Assembly (NCBI GenBank): GCA_031402315.1
Contig: JANNSF010000200.1
Span: forward strand, 1-32,802
From: a bacterium
GTDB lineage: Bacteria > CLD3 > SB21
Length of the DNA: 32,802 nucleotides
Direction of reading: 5' to 3'
Below are positions 19,343 to 28,995 of this stretch, in pieces. The notes beneath the pieces are model-generated. The model did not search any database, had not been told where the DNA came from, and was given only the letters and a program-made list of their open reading frames with translations. Within the stretch, counting starts at the first letter, position 1. The number at the start of each line of letters is the position of its first letter. Position numbers and translations under genes: made by a program.

Positions 19343-20116
19343 ATGAGAAGATTTTTTTTATCATTGAGTGTTGTTTGTACAGTTGCTTTTTCGGCGTGTG
19401 ATAAAGAGCGCGTGAAAGAGGATCCTCTGATTACGGAAGGACGAACGCTTTTTAACGACACGAAATTTGACTTGGCCGGTAAATCGTCGTGTGGTACTTG
19501 TCATCCGGGCGGAGACATGGACAACAAGAAATGGTTGTTGCCAACCTTTACCGAGTCTTTAGCGACTCCGACACTCTTCGGGGTATCCGATACGCCGCCG
19601 TACGGCTGGACACGGAATGGCGTCAACGATATTAGGACGTTTTCAAGGTTTGTTATCGAAACGATTTGGGGCAGCACCGCAACGGGCCATGAACTGGATG
19701 CTCTTGTGGCGTATCAGGCCTCGCTTCGAATCCCATCTAATCCATCACTTTACAATGAGAATATGAATTCTGCGCAACTTCGTGGGAAAAACGTATTTGA
19801 AAATCAAGGCCAGTGTTCCGCATGTCATTCCGGAACCAATTTAACCGGGAATTTTAAAGTCAGGATTCATCCTGTAAATAAGGTCATCGACGTTCCATCG
19901 CTTCGTTGGATTTTCGCCACTTCGCCATATTTTCATGATCATTCAAAGCCAACCTTGCGTTCGGTCGTTGACTACTATGCCGATTCAATCTCAACGGCCC
20001 AAATGACGAATTGGCTATGGAATGGAGGGACTAAAGTAACGCCCAAAGCTATTTTTGATATTACTTTGACGGAACAAGAACGAATTGATCTGGTCGAATT
20101 TCTTAAAACTTTATAA
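19343..20116 (+). CDS. short di-heme cytochrome c peroxidase/MauG-family lipoprotein (paralogue of upstream gene)
   Basis: Lipoprotein signal ...VAFSAC. Heme motifs CGTCH and CSACH. Contains YFHDHSKPTLRSVVDYYA. Collinear with the 18574 gene (ALVAYQ(R/A)SL, LRGK/QRGKELY blocks). Confidence 0.75.
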   Translation: MRRFFLSLSVVCTVAFSACDKERVKEDPLITEGRTLFNDTKFDLAGKSSCGTCHPGGDMDNKKWLLPTFTESLATPTLFGVSDTPPYGWTRNGVNDIRTFSRFVIETIWGSTATGHELDALVAYQASLRIPSNPSLYNENMNSAQLRGKNVFENQGQCSACHSGTNLTGNFKVRIHPVNKVIDVPSLRWIFATSPYFHDHSKPTLRSVVDYYADSISTAQMTNWLWNGGTKVTPKAIFDITLTEQERIDLVEFLKTL

Positions 20117-20127
20117 CGGAAACTTTC

Positions 20128-21330
20128 ATGAAACGATTTTTTTACTTTTTACTTCTGTCATCCTTCGCCTTGGCGCAGGAAGAGACCAATGCGGAAGTGA
20201 CTGGAACTGAGCCTGGCGGCGATAATCGCGTTGGCATTGGCGGCATTTTAGACATTGCACATGCGGAAGGTAATCGCAAATCAACCTCAAACGCCAACAC
20301 GCTGGGCGATAACAATTTTAATAATACGCGGGCGCTTCTACGATTCAATTTTGAACACCAAGATAAACTGCGCGCGGACATTGAAGTTCAGTTCGACGAC
20401 GGTTCGGAAGATAAGGTTCGATTGCTCGGCGCTTTTGTGACAATTTTTGACGTTCCAAATTCTTACGTAAACTTCATGGTTGGAAAAATTCCGACGCCGT
20501 TTGGCAATTTTGCAAAGCGCGAAGCTTCGGATGTCAATCCTCTTATTGGTCAGCCGCTTCTGCGCCAGTATCGAACAAGCTTGGATTGGAACAATCTCTG
20601 GGACAATAGAGAACAGTTGATTCTAAAGCAGAAACGTCGCACGCATCACGGTACAATTCCGGCAAACGGTCTTCGCGGCGCCACACCGACGATTTATGAT
20701 GCTCGCTGGGATTTTGGAGTGGAAGTCTTTGGAAATGCGTCGATCGTTGACTACCAGTTTGCGGTCACCGAAGGTTCCGTGTCCAATCCGGAGGCCGATC
20801 AAAACAAAGGAAAACAGTTCCTAGGACGGATTGGGATCAATCCTATCCCGGGCTTAAAAATAGGGGTATCCGGAGCGATGAATCCTTATCTCTCCACCGC
20901 AGATCCACAGCGTTTGCTGGAGGCCGGCAAGGGCAAAGGAGAGTTTAAGCAAGTTGCCTACGGTGTCGATTTGGAAGCGAGCTATCGTTATTTGATTGTA
21001 TTTGGCGAATTTGTAAAGAGCAAATGGGATGCAACGACGAAGGAAAAAGAATTGTCCAATTGGAGTTTTTATGTGGATGGGAAATACAAAATTCTTCCCA
21101 GGCTATATATATCGGGACGTTATGATAGGATGAATTTCAGCAAGATATTGAATCCGGATACACGAAAGAAAGAAGGTTGGGATTACAACGTTCAGCGTTA
21201 CGAAGCCGGCTTAGGCTTCCGAGTTACAACGGATGCGACATTGAAGTTGGTCGAACAATGGACGCAATTTGAAGATTTTGCAATACCATCCATCAAGCTT
21301 ACGGCCGTACAGTTATCCGTACCGTTTTAA
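20128..21330 (+). CDS. outer-membrane beta-barrel protein / putative porin
   Basis: Starts 12 bp after the upstream stop. Signal peptide MKRFFYFLLLSSFALAQ. 400 aa with many amphipathic strands and a terminal ...LSVPF (C-terminal Phe). Confidence 0.6.
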   Translation: MKRFFYFLLLSSFALAQEETNAEVTGTEPGGDNRVGIGGILDIAHAEGNRKSTSNANTLGDNNFNNTRALLRFNFEHQDKLRADIEVQFDDGSEDKVRLLGAFVTIFDVPNSYVNFMVGKIPTPFGNFAKREASDVNPLIGQPLLRQYRTSLDWNNLWDNREQLILKQKRRTHHGTIPANGLRGATPTIYDARWDFGVEVFGNASIVDYQFAVTEGSVSNPEADQNKGKQFLGRIGINPIPGLKIGVSGAMNPYLSTADPQRLLEAGKGKGEFKQVAYGVDLEASYRYLIVFGEFVKSKWDATTKEKELSNWSFYVDGKYKILPRLYISGRYDRMNFSKILNPDTRKKEGWDYNVQRYEAGLGFRVTTDATLKLVEQWTQFEDFAIPSIKLTAVQLSVPF

Positions 21331-21346
21331 ATCAGGAGCAACCGCG

Positions 21347-22054
21347 ATGAAAATATTATTAATAGCATCTGTACTAGTGATGGCCGGACTTTTTGGATGG
21401 CCGACGAAATTTTTTGAATACGCCGAAGGTACCCCATCGGAGGCGATTTTACTTCCCGCGGACGGGAAAGTTTTCGGTAAAGTGTTTTTTTCAAAAGCGG
21501 CAGCGGCCACGAATCGTTCGTCCAAAGGGCTTTATGGCAAATCCACGTCGCGCCTGACGCAAGCCGGCGGTGCTCAATCGGATAAGCGGGCCGTGGTTTA
21601 TATTGTAAAGGTTCCTGGAAAATTTAATGCGCCCCAAAGCCATCCGGCCATGCGTCAGAAAAATGTATCCATCGTTCCGCGCGTATTACCTATTATAGCC
21701 GGCACTACCGTTGATTTTCCAAATGAAGACGAAATTTTTCACAATATTTTTTCATTATCGCCCGGTAAAAATTTTGACTTAGGGCGTTACGCCAAGGGTG
21801 TCTCGAAATCAGTGACATTTTCAACGCTGGGGAATGTTAAGGTATTTTGTGATATCCATTCGAATATGGGTGGCACAATCCTCGTTCTACAGAATCCATA
21901 CTTCACGATAACTCAAGGTGATGGAAGCTATACATTAAGCGGAGTACCTACCGGTACTTTTGACCTTACGGCCTGGAGTGAAAGCGGGGGCTCACAAACG
22001 CAGAAGATAACCGTGGCATCCGGGGCTGGAACAGAAACTACATTTTCCTTTTAA
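21347..22054 (+). CDS. secreted cupredoxin-like (type 1 copper) domain protein with C-terminal carboxypeptidase-regulatory-like beta-sandwich
   Basis: ATG at 21347 after AGGAG; the track's upstream extension from 21269 overlaps the porin gene. Signal peptide MKILLIASVLVMAGLF. Candidate T1 Cu ligands are His in IFHNIFS and C-x-x-H-x-x-M in KVFCDIHSNMGGTILV (cf. amicyanin/pseudoazurin). The tail YTLSGVPTGTFDLTAW is CarbopepD_reg-like. Confidence 0.55.
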   Translation: MKILLIASVLVMAGLFGWPTKFFEYAEGTPSEAILLPADGKVFGKVFFSKAAAATNRSSKGLYGKSTSRLTQAGGAQSDKRAVVYIVKVPGKFNAPQSHPAMRQKNVSIVPRVLPIIAGTTVDFPNEDEIFHNIFSLSPGKNFDLGRYAKGVSKSVTFSTLGNVKVFCDIHSNMGGTILVLQNPYFTITQGDGSYTLSGVPTGTFDLTAWSESGGSQTQKITVASGAGTETTFSF

Positions 22055-22111
22055 AGGCATCGGATTCGACAAACCTCAAGTCTGCCTCCTTAACAAGTTC
22101 TTACAGTTTTC

Positions 22112-22816
22112 ATGAGTCCAGAAATTCTGCATGAAACCATGGACATTATTGTAGTCCATAAACCATCCGGAATGCTCACCATCCCTGATCGATACAACCC
22201 CTTGCTTGAAAATCTTTCCGATATTTTGCGCGAACGGTACGACGAACTTTTTGTCGTGCATCGAATTGACCGCGAAACAAGCGGAGTCGTAGTTTTTGCC
22301 CGCCACGCCCAATCGCACAGATATCTGAATGGACTTTTTGAGCATCATCAAGTTAAGAAAGAATATCGGGCACTTGTTTGCGGTACCACGGACGAGCAAG
22401 GAGAAATTGATTTACCGATCGTGGAGATTAAGCCGGGTATAATGGGGATCAATAAGCGGGAGGGGAAGCCATCGAAGACGCTCTACCGTCGTCTGGAGAG
22501 TTTTGGTGAATATTCCCTGATGGAAGTGACACCGCTCAGTGGAAGGACACACCAAATCCGTGTCCATTTCAAAGCCATTGGCCACCCGCTTGCTGTCGAT
22601 TCCATTTACAATCCGGATGGTTCCATTTATCTATCTCATTTCAAGAAACGTTATAAGCACACAAAAGGAATGGATGAAAAACCGATCATTTCCAGGCTCA
22701 CTCTCCATGCCAATTCTATAGAATTCTTGAGCCCCCAAGGGGAAAACCTCAGATTCGAAGCCCCGTTGCCGAAGGACTTCAGCGGAGTTCTTAAGCAATT
22801 GCGTAAATGGACTTAG
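22112..22816 (+). CDS. RluA-family pseudouridine synthase
   Basis: VVHKPSGMLTIP...; the catalytic Asp motif VHRIDRETSGVVVFAR (the HRLD..TSG. hallmark); 234 aa. Confidence 0.85.
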   Translation: MSPEILHETMDIIVVHKPSGMLTIPDRYNPLLENLSDILRERYDELFVVHRIDRETSGVVVFARHAQSHRYLNGLFEHHQVKKEYRALVCGTTDEQGEIDLPIVEIKPGIMGINKREGKPSKTLYRRLESFGEYSLMEVTPLSGRTHQIRVHFKAIGHPLAVDSIYNPDGSIYLSHFKKRYKHTKGMDEKPIISRLTLHANSIEFLSPQGENLRFEAPLPKDFSGVLKQLRKWT

Positions 22817-23988
22817 AGATGATTCCCGGCGGCAAATCCCGATGACCATGCCCATTGAAAATTATGTCCGCCAAGATGACCGGTCACATCGACGACTTCG
22901 CCGATAAAATACAATCCCTTCTGTTTCTTTGATTCCATGGTCTTCGATGAAAGTTCGTCGGTATTTACCCCACCTTTTGTTACCTCCGCTTTATCAAAGC
23001 CCTCCGTACCTGCAGGACTCAGTTTCCACCGATGGATGGAATCGCTGATTTGTTGAATTTCCGCCTTTGACAAATGGGGTAGTGTTTTTTGAATTTCTAA
23101 TTTTTTGGCCAACGCTTGGGCCAGGCTCTTAGGGAAAAAATTATTAAAAAAAGCCGAAAGCAATACGGCATCCGATTTTCTTTTGTTGATCTCCGTTTCA
23201 ATTGACTTGTCGGGTAGGAGATTGATGGTAATCGCTTCCTGTGTATTCCAATAAGACGATATTTGAAGTATGGCCGGACCGCTCAAACCCTTGTGTGTGA
23301 ATAGGAAATTCTCACGGAACCGGACGTTCAAGCAGGATACTTCGATTTCCGCAGAAACGCCCGAGATCTCCGAGAAAAGCGATTTTTCAGCCGGTCTCCA
23401 CAAGAGTGGAACCAATGCAGGCTCCGGAGGAATCAGGGTGTGGCCAAATTGTTTCGCAACGCGGTATCCAAGATCCGTAGCACCCATTTTCGGGATCGAA
23501 AGGCCACCCGTTGCGATGACCATGGTTTGTGATAAGTACATATTCTTTGCCGTTGTCAATTCAAAGCGCCCGGCGTGACGAATTTTTGAAACGGACTCAT
23601 TGAGCATAATACTCACGCCGGATCGATGACATTCCAATAATAGCAGATCCACAATAGCTTGCGATTTCTCATCGCAAAAAAGTTGACCCAATTTTTTTTC
23701 GTGATAGTGAATACCGTGTTTCTTCACCAGCGCAATGAATTCGGAAGGGGGATACTGGGTAAGAGCCGATTTGCAGAAATGAGGGTTATTCGAAATAAAA
23801 TGGTGTGGTCCGGAATGGAGATTTGTGAAATTGCACCGACCACCTCCTGAAATCAGAATCTTTTTTCCGACTTTCTCCGCATGATCAAGTACAACAACGG
23901 ACAATCCGCGTTTAGCTGCTGTAATTGCACAAAAGAGCCCGGCAGCTCCGGCTCCCACAATGATAACATCGTGGTTAAAGGACGGCAC
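22813..23988 (-). CDS. HI0933/BaiN-family FAD-dependent flavoprotein (aminoacetone-oxidase-like, NAD(P)/FAD-binding)
   Basis: GTG start at 23988 overlaps the upstream TAG by 1 nt. DVIIVGAGAAGLFCAI...KILISGGGRCNFTN dinucleotide motifs are typical of the HI0933 family. 391 aa. Confidence 0.8.
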   Translation of the reverse strand: MPSFNHDVIIVGAGAAGLFCAITAAKRGLSVVVLDHAEKVGKKILISGGGRCNFTNLHSGPHHFISNNPHFCKSALTQYPPSEFIALVKKHGIHYHEKKLGQLFCDEKSQAIVDLLLLECHRSGVSIMLNESVSKIRHAGRFELTTAKNMYLSQTMVIATGGLSIPKMGATDLGYRVAKQFGHTLIPPEPALVPLLWRPAEKSLFSEISGVSAEIEVSCLNVRFRENFLFTHKGLSGPAILQISSYWNTQEAITINLLPDKSIETEINKRKSDAVLLSAFFNNFFPKSLAQALAKKLEIQKTLPHLSKAEIQQISDSIHRWKLSPAGTEGFDKAEVTKGGVNTDELSSKTMESKKQKGLYFIGEVVDVTGHLGGHNFQWAWSSGFAAGNHL

Positions 23989-24407
23989 TATTCGATGGAG
24001 AACGAGTTCGAATAAACGGTGTCCGGGTCAGCTTTTCCGCTAAAAAAAACGACAAATCGATATCTATAGACACCGGGCTTACTTACATAGATACTCTCCT
24101 TATAATTAGAGCCTGCGGGAATCGCTAGAAATTCAACTTGGTTGGAACAACTTGCTTGATACCATAATTTCCATGTCCCATCGACTTTGCGATCACGAAG
24201 AAATAGCAATTCTTTCTCACAAGATTCTATAAGCGCGGCATCGGATGTTCGATTATACAGAACTACTTCTGTTGGATCCGAACTATAAAAATAGTCGGCT
24301 GTCGTAAGGACCGTAAAGGAATCTTTTTTGACGGGGTCTGACGTTTTGAAACGGTCCTCACAAGAAAGCAAAATAAAGCACGATACGATGAGTAAAAAAG
24401 TTTTCAT
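23988..24407 (-). CDS. hypothetical lipoprotein
   Basis: ATG at 24407 is preceded by AAGGAAGGG. MKTFLLIVSCFILLSCEDR is a lipoprotein signal. The track's upstream extension to 24458 adds a non-signal leader. Confidence 0.6.
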   Translation of the reverse strand: MKTFLLIVSCFILLSCEDRFKTSDPVKKDSFTVLTTADYFYSSDPTEVVLYNRTSDAALIESCEKELLFLRDRKVDGTWKLWYQASCSNQVEFLAIPAGSNYKESIYVSKPGVYRYRFVVFFSGKADPDTVYSNSFSIE

Positions 24408-24491
24408 GTCCCTTCCTTTCATTAGATTAGTTTTCGAAAAGAATGAAAATAGAAACAATTAAAGCTAACGAATCATTTTGCATAGGGCAAA

Positions 24492-24818
24492 TTATTTTAT
24501 TTCGATCGCAAAGTAGGCCAGAATTTTTTTGGCATCGCCGATAGGATTCCAGGTGAAATCGGGGCTCAGCCGGTCCTTAACATTCGTGGTAAGCCGAAGG
24601 GAGGCTTGCCGAATGGAGGCTGGATAAGATTCATCCGCCGCAAATCGACGCAGGCGTTCGATGCCGCTTAGCGAATGGAGATTTGAAACATTGCTTAGAA
24701 GAAAGCCTACGGCTCGTCGCGCGCAAGCTCGGGCACGGCCATCGTTGCCTTCCCTCATGGCGGTCTCGGCGTTTGACAATTCCTTTTCAATCACTTTTTG
24801 GAGATCCGTTCGGATCAT
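24492..24818 (-). CDS. hypothetical protein (108 aa), translationally coupled to upstream methyltransferase
   Basis: ATG at 24818 overlaps the MTase stop by 4 bp (ATGA). No recognisable domain. Confidence 0.5.
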   Translation of the reverse strand: MIRTDLQKVIEKELSNAETAMREGNDGRARACARRAVGFLLSNVSNLHSLSGIERLRRFAADESYPASIRQASLRLTTNVKDRLSPDFTWNPIGDAKKILAYFAIEIK

Positions 24819-25714
24819 GATTTAGACAAGGTTGAAATCATGATGATGCCCGACTGAAATTGATTTCGAATTTCAAACAGACTTCTAAATCGGGCATTCC
24901 AGTCACGCAGGCGATGAAACGTCAAACCGGACAAAGCAAGGAATTTCAAAATTGGCCAGGCCATCGAATTCAAAAACAAATTCATGGCAAAAAAAACACC
25001 GTCCGGTTTCAAAATTCGCGATATCTCCTGCAGAGCGATGTCCGGATGGCGATATTCATTGAGTGATCCACCGCATGAAACGCGTCGCGCAAAATTTTGT
25101 CGAAAAGGTAGCGCTTCGACATCCGCCAAAACAAATAGAATGCAATCATCGACACCGCTTTGCGTCGCGCGTTTGGAGGCTTGCTTTAGCATCTTTTTTG
25201 AGAAATCAACAGCCATTACTCTTGCGCTTGATCCTACCTTCTTCAAATGTTTCGCCACTTCGATCGCATAAAATCCATGGCTCGTCCCGATATCGACCAC
25301 CCAATCGTTGCCGGTCAATTCATCAAGCTTGAGCGATTCTTTCAATATGCCCGATTCTCGTGTATTTGAAAAAATGTTGCCGCACATCAGGGTCATACAC
25401 CAAGACCGCCAGTATTTCTGATAGTTCGCCGTGATGAATGGCCAAAAATTAGTGCGCTGAGCCAGCGTTAAGTTTTCCGGACGTTCTTGCAGCATCTCAA
25501 GAATACCCTCATCGTAGTGGTAGCAAGTTTGACATTCATTACAAACAATCACGGCATTCTTGAGAACGATAAGAGCCGTGGATTCGTCATGATACGGTTT
25601 AAACGACGAGGATCGGCACTCCGGGCAGACCAGAAAGTCGATTACTTCCATTACCATCGCTGCATTCGTCGCGGGTAATATTTCCGGTGCTAAATCTCTC
25701 AGTACATTTTCCAT
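24815..25714 (-). CDS. class I SAM-dependent methyltransferase with N-terminal Trm112-like zinc-ribbon
   Basis: Start chosen at ATG 25714 (MENVL...) to avoid overlapping the divergent SPFH gene; the alternative at 25846 cannot be excluded. Cys4 ribbon LVCPECRSS...VCNECQTCYHYD. The Rossmann motif VVDIGTSHGFYAI is motif I; ...VDFSKKML.. and LKPDGVFF are consistent with Methyltransf_11/25. Confidence 0.65.
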   Translation of the reverse strand: MENVLRDLAPEILPATNAAMVMEVIDFLVCPECRSSSFKPYHDESTALIVLKNAVIVCNECQTCYHYDEGILEMLQERPENLTLAQRTNFWPFITANYQKYWRSWCMTLMCGNIFSNTRESGILKESLKLDELTGNDWVVDIGTSHGFYAIEVAKHLKKVGSSARVMAVDFSKKMLKQASKRATQSGVDDCILFVLADVEALPFRQNFARRVSCGGSLNEYRHPDIALQEISRILKPDGVFFAMNLFLNSMAWPILKFLALSGLTFHRLRDWNARFRSLFEIRNQFQSGIIMISTLSKS

Positions 25715-25805
25715 GTATTCATCATGAAAAAAAATGTGGTCAATTTCAATTCTTTTTTTTATTCTAATCCATCGATTGCCATCTAAATCAAACGCAGGAG
25801 TTATT

Positions 25806-26729
25806 ATGGAAGGTTCACTATTTTGTCTCGCCGTTGCGGGATTCATTTTCTTTATCCTATTTATGGGTTCTTTTTTTGTCGTGAAACAGCAAACGGTGGG
25901 CGTCATCGAACGGTTTGGAAAATTCCTCAGGCTGGCTCAACCAGGCTTGCGATTCAAAATTCCAATCATGGATGCGCTCGTGGCGAAAGTGAATATGAGA
26001 GTGCAGCAACTGGATGTCGTCGTAGAAACAAAAACATCCGACGATGTCTTTGTGCACGCCAAAGTATCTGTTCAATATTTGGTTAGGGAAGAAAAAGTCT
26101 ATGAAGCCTATTACAAGCTTACGAACGTGCATCAGCAAATTACCGCATTTGTATTTGATCTCGTGCGCTCCAAAGTTCCAAAAATGAAACTGGATGATCT
26201 CTTTGAAAAAAAGGATGAAATTGCGGATGCCGTGCGGCTTGAACTCAGCCATGATATGGGCGAATTTGGGTATGACATTTTTAAGGCATTAGTCACCGAC
26301 ATCGAGCCGGATCAGAAAGTAAAAGAGGCGATGAATGAGATTAACGCAGCGACCCGTATGCGTATGGCGGCATCGGAAAAAGGCGAAGCGGATCGGATTT
26401 TGAAAGTAAAATCGGCCGAGGCCGAAGCCCAAAGTAAAGCTTTGCAGGGAAAGGGTATCGCCGATCAGCGCAAGGCAATCATCGAAGGATTGCGGGAGTC
26501 GGTGGAGCAATTCCAACAAGCCGTGGAAGGATCGACCGCGAAAGACGTTATGACGCTCGTTCTTATGACGCAATATTTTGATACACTGCAAAATATCGGC
26601 GAGCACTCCAAAACGAATACCATCTTGATGCCGCACTCTCCGGGTGGACTCAATCAGATTTACGACGAAATTCGCAATGCGATGGTGACGGCGGCCGAAG
26701 TTTCTAAAACGCGTACGACGAAGGAATAG
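25806..26729 (+). CDS. SPFH/Band 7 (stomatin/HflK-C-like) membrane protein
   Basis: ATG at 25806 after AGGAG. An N-terminal TM helix, then the VVKQQTVGVIERFGKFLRLAQPGLRFKIPIMD SPFH core and a C-terminal coiled coil (AEAEAQSKALQGKG...). Confidence 0.8.
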   Translation: MEGSLFCLAVAGFIFFILFMGSFFVVKQQTVGVIERFGKFLRLAQPGLRFKIPIMDALVAKVNMRVQQLDVVVETKTSDDVFVHAKVSVQYLVREEKVYEAYYKLTNVHQQITAFVFDLVRSKVPKMKLDDLFEKKDEIADAVRLELSHDMGEFGYDIFKALVTDIEPDQKVKEAMNEINAATRMRMAASEKGEADRILKVKSAEAEAQSKALQGKGIADQRKAIIEGLRESVEQFQQAVEGSTAKDVMTLVLMTQYFDTLQNIGEHSKTNTILMPHSPGGLNQIYDEIRNAMVTAAEVSKTRTTKE

Positions 26730-26758
26730 AACCCGACAATTATAACTACCAAAAAATA

Positions 26759-26787
26759 GCCTTCGAGTAAAATCGAAGGCTTTTTTT
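26759..26787. terminator. bidirectional rho-independent terminator between convergent SPFH and GATase genes
   Basis: Stem GCCTTCGA (26759-26766), loop GTAAAA, stem TCGAAGGC (26773-26780), then T7 (26781-26787). An A6 run lies on the 5' side, so it serves the minus strand too. Confidence 0.7.
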
Positions 26788-26798
26788 GCCTAAGGCTG

Positions 26799-27596
26799 TT
26801 AAAGACGGATCAAATTCCGCTTATTATTCTTATCAATCGTGAGTAGGCTTCTTTCCGGGATCATGGTCCAATTGGGATGGCTGTCCAGAGGTTCGGACGC
26901 GATGACCATTGCCTTGGGGAAGGCCGGGTTTGATGAACATTCGTAAAGCGTTGTCTGACGTTTGCCGTAGTGAAAACGCAGGGCCATTATGGATTCTCCA
27001 TCGGATAGGCAAATATTAATAACGAGATCGGTTTGGAATTTTCTCGCGGCCGTTTCCAAAAGAGTAAGCGTTCCCTTCAGAGCTTCAACCTGCGCCTCAA
27101 TCGAAGCGTTTTCATCCAGTTTTAGAAAGCTCAACCACAAGGCAAAAATACGTTCTGAATCGGTATTTCCTTTGATGAGGGGTAATAGGCGAGAGTCTAG
27201 CTGGGGTGAAATGTCTGCAAAAAGTTTTTCCCAAAAAAAATCAACGGTACCATTATGCATAAAGGTGTAGCGCCCGTAGTTGAAGGGGTGAGTGTTCGTG
27301 ATGCCTACCGGCATTCCGTCGGACGCGCCTCGGACATGCGCCATGACAATAGGCGCCGAAATCTTATCCGCCATCGACATAACATTGGGGTCATTCGTAA
27401 TAGGTAGCGTGTGTCGGTAAACAGCTGCATTTTTTGAAAAACCGCAGTACCACGCAAATCCAAACCCATCGGTATTCATTCCGTCGGTCGCCATTTCAGA
27501 CGCGGCGTAGCTCTGTTTGATTAGTGAATGGGGCGGTTCACTTATTATTTTGGATAGCAGAATTTCCGGACCCTTGTAAATTGCCATGCGACACAT
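26799..27596 (-). CDS. class II (Ntn-type) glutamine amidotransferase, YafJ/EgtC-like
   Basis: N-terminal MCRMAIYKG gives the nucleophile Cys2 after Met removal. HVRGASDGMPVGITNTHPF and FMHNGTV motifs are present. GGAG RBS. Confidence 0.75.
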   Translation of the reverse strand: MCRMAIYKGPEILLSKIISEPPHSLIKQSYAASEMATDGMNTDGFGFAWYCGFSKNAAVYRHTLPITNDPNVMSMADKISAPIVMAHVRGASDGMPVGITNTHPFNYGRYTFMHNGTVDFFWEKLFADISPQLDSRLLPLIKGNTDSERIFALWLSFLKLDENASIEAQVEALKGTLTLLETAARKFQTDLVINICLSDGESIMALRFHYGKRQTTLYECSSNPAFPKAMVIASEPLDSHPNWTMIPERSLLTIDKNNKRNLIRL

Positions 27597-27621
27597 GCGG
27601 TTTCTCCAAACGGGGATAGAT

Positions 27622-28995
27622 TTAGATGTCGTACATAGCTAAACAAATTTTTCGCTCTTGTTCAAGACTAATAATCGGCGGGAAATAACCGGAATTCGAG
27701 AGTTCGAAATTATGAATGGCACGCGGTGACGCTTCGCGCAATTCAGGAACCCAACGTTTGATATATTCTGCCTCCGGATCAAATTTTTTTCCCTGCGTAA
27801 CCGGGTTGAAAATTCTAAAGTATGGCGCGGCGTCAACACCTGTACCCGCAGCCCATTGCCAATTGCCGTTATTGCTTGATAGTTCAAAATCTAAGAGTTT
27901 TTTTGCAAAATATTTTTCACCTAAACGCCAATCCACATGCAGGTGTTTAACTAAAAACGATGCCACAATCATTCTCACACGATTATGCATGAGGCCGGTA
28001 GTATTGATTTCACGCATGCCCGCGTCCACGATCGGAAATCCCGTTTGTCCAAGTCGCCAGGCTTCAAACAGGCGTGAATCATTTGCCCATGCGATTCGGT
28101 CGAATTTAGAATTGAAACATCGTTTCTCAACGTATGGGAATTGGAATAAGATCATCATGAAAAATTCCCGCCAAATGAGTTCGGACAAAAATGTTTGTTC
28201 ACCGATGCCGGAATCATTTCTTAAATCGGCCACGAGGCGTCGGACGGAAATATTTCCAAATCGCAAATAGGGAGACAGATGCGATGTCTTGTCAATAGCT
28301 GGTAAATCGCGATTTTTGTCATATTGGCGAATATCCTTCTGAAAGGTATTCCATGTAGTGGTAGCGGCGGATTCTCCTCCGGTGAGTATATTCGATTGTA
28401 ATTTAAAGCCGATTTCGTCTAAAAACGAAATCGTTGGGATCGTAGATTCAAAAGTCGTAATTCGATTCAATTCAATGGTCGGTGCTTTAAAAAAATCAGA
28501 CGGGAGGAAGGCACAGCCCTGAAGCCATTTGTTTTTATAAGCGGTAAAAACTTTATACGGCGAAAAATCATCCTTCACGATCTCTGATTTTTCAAAAATG
28601 ACATGGTCCTTGAAGGATTCGGCATGAATGGAGAAGCTTTGAGCCTGCGATTTTATTTTGGAATCGCGCTCCATGGCAAACGGTTCATAATCGTGATTAA
28701 AATACAACGCCTGGAATTTTTGGGTCTTATACAGTTCGATAAAGACTTCTTCCGGACGACCGTGGAATAAGGTGACGCCGGCCTGGAATGGTTTCAACTG
28801 ATTCTGCAAATCCATCAGCGATTGCCAAATAAACGTCAGCCGACGGTCATTAGTGGGTAGTTTGCCCAAAATTTCAGGATCGAAAATAAAGATGAGTGAA
28901 ACGTTTTTAGCGTCACGCAAGGCCTCGGCTAGCGCGGTATTGTCGGATAACCGCAGATCGCGGCGGAGCCATACAATTGCGTGGTCAAATGTCAT
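27622..28995 (-). CDS. phr: deoxyribodipyrimidine photo-lyase / cryptochrome-photolyase family protein
   Basis: N-terminal photolyase alpha/beta domain IVWLRRDLRLSDNTAL; C-terminal FAD-binding domain with LSPYLRFG, WREFF, GWMHNRVRM-like (GLMHNRVRMIVASFL) and NGNWQWAAG motifs. 457 aa. Confidence 0.85.
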   Translation of the reverse strand: MTFDHAIVWLRRDLRLSDNTALAEALRDAKNVSLIFIFDPEILGKLPTNDRRLTFIWQSLMDLQNQLKPFQAGVTLFHGRPEEVFIELYKTQKFQALYFNHDYEPFAMERDSKIKSQAQSFSIHAESFKDHVIFEKSEIVKDDFSPYKVFTAYKNKWLQGCAFLPSDFFKAPTIELNRITTFESTIPTISFLDEIGFKLQSNILTGGESAATTTWNTFQKDIRQYDKNRDLPAIDKTSHLSPYLRFGNISVRRLVADLRNDSGIGEQTFLSELIWREFFMMILFQFPYVEKRCFNSKFDRIAWANDSRLFEAWRLGQTGFPIVDAGMREINTTGLMHNRVRMIVASFLVKHLHVDWRLGEKYFAKKLLDFELSSNNGNWQWAAGTGVDAAPYFRIFNPVTQGKKFDPEAEYIKRWVPELREASPRAIHNFELSNSGYFPPIISLEQERKICLAMYDI

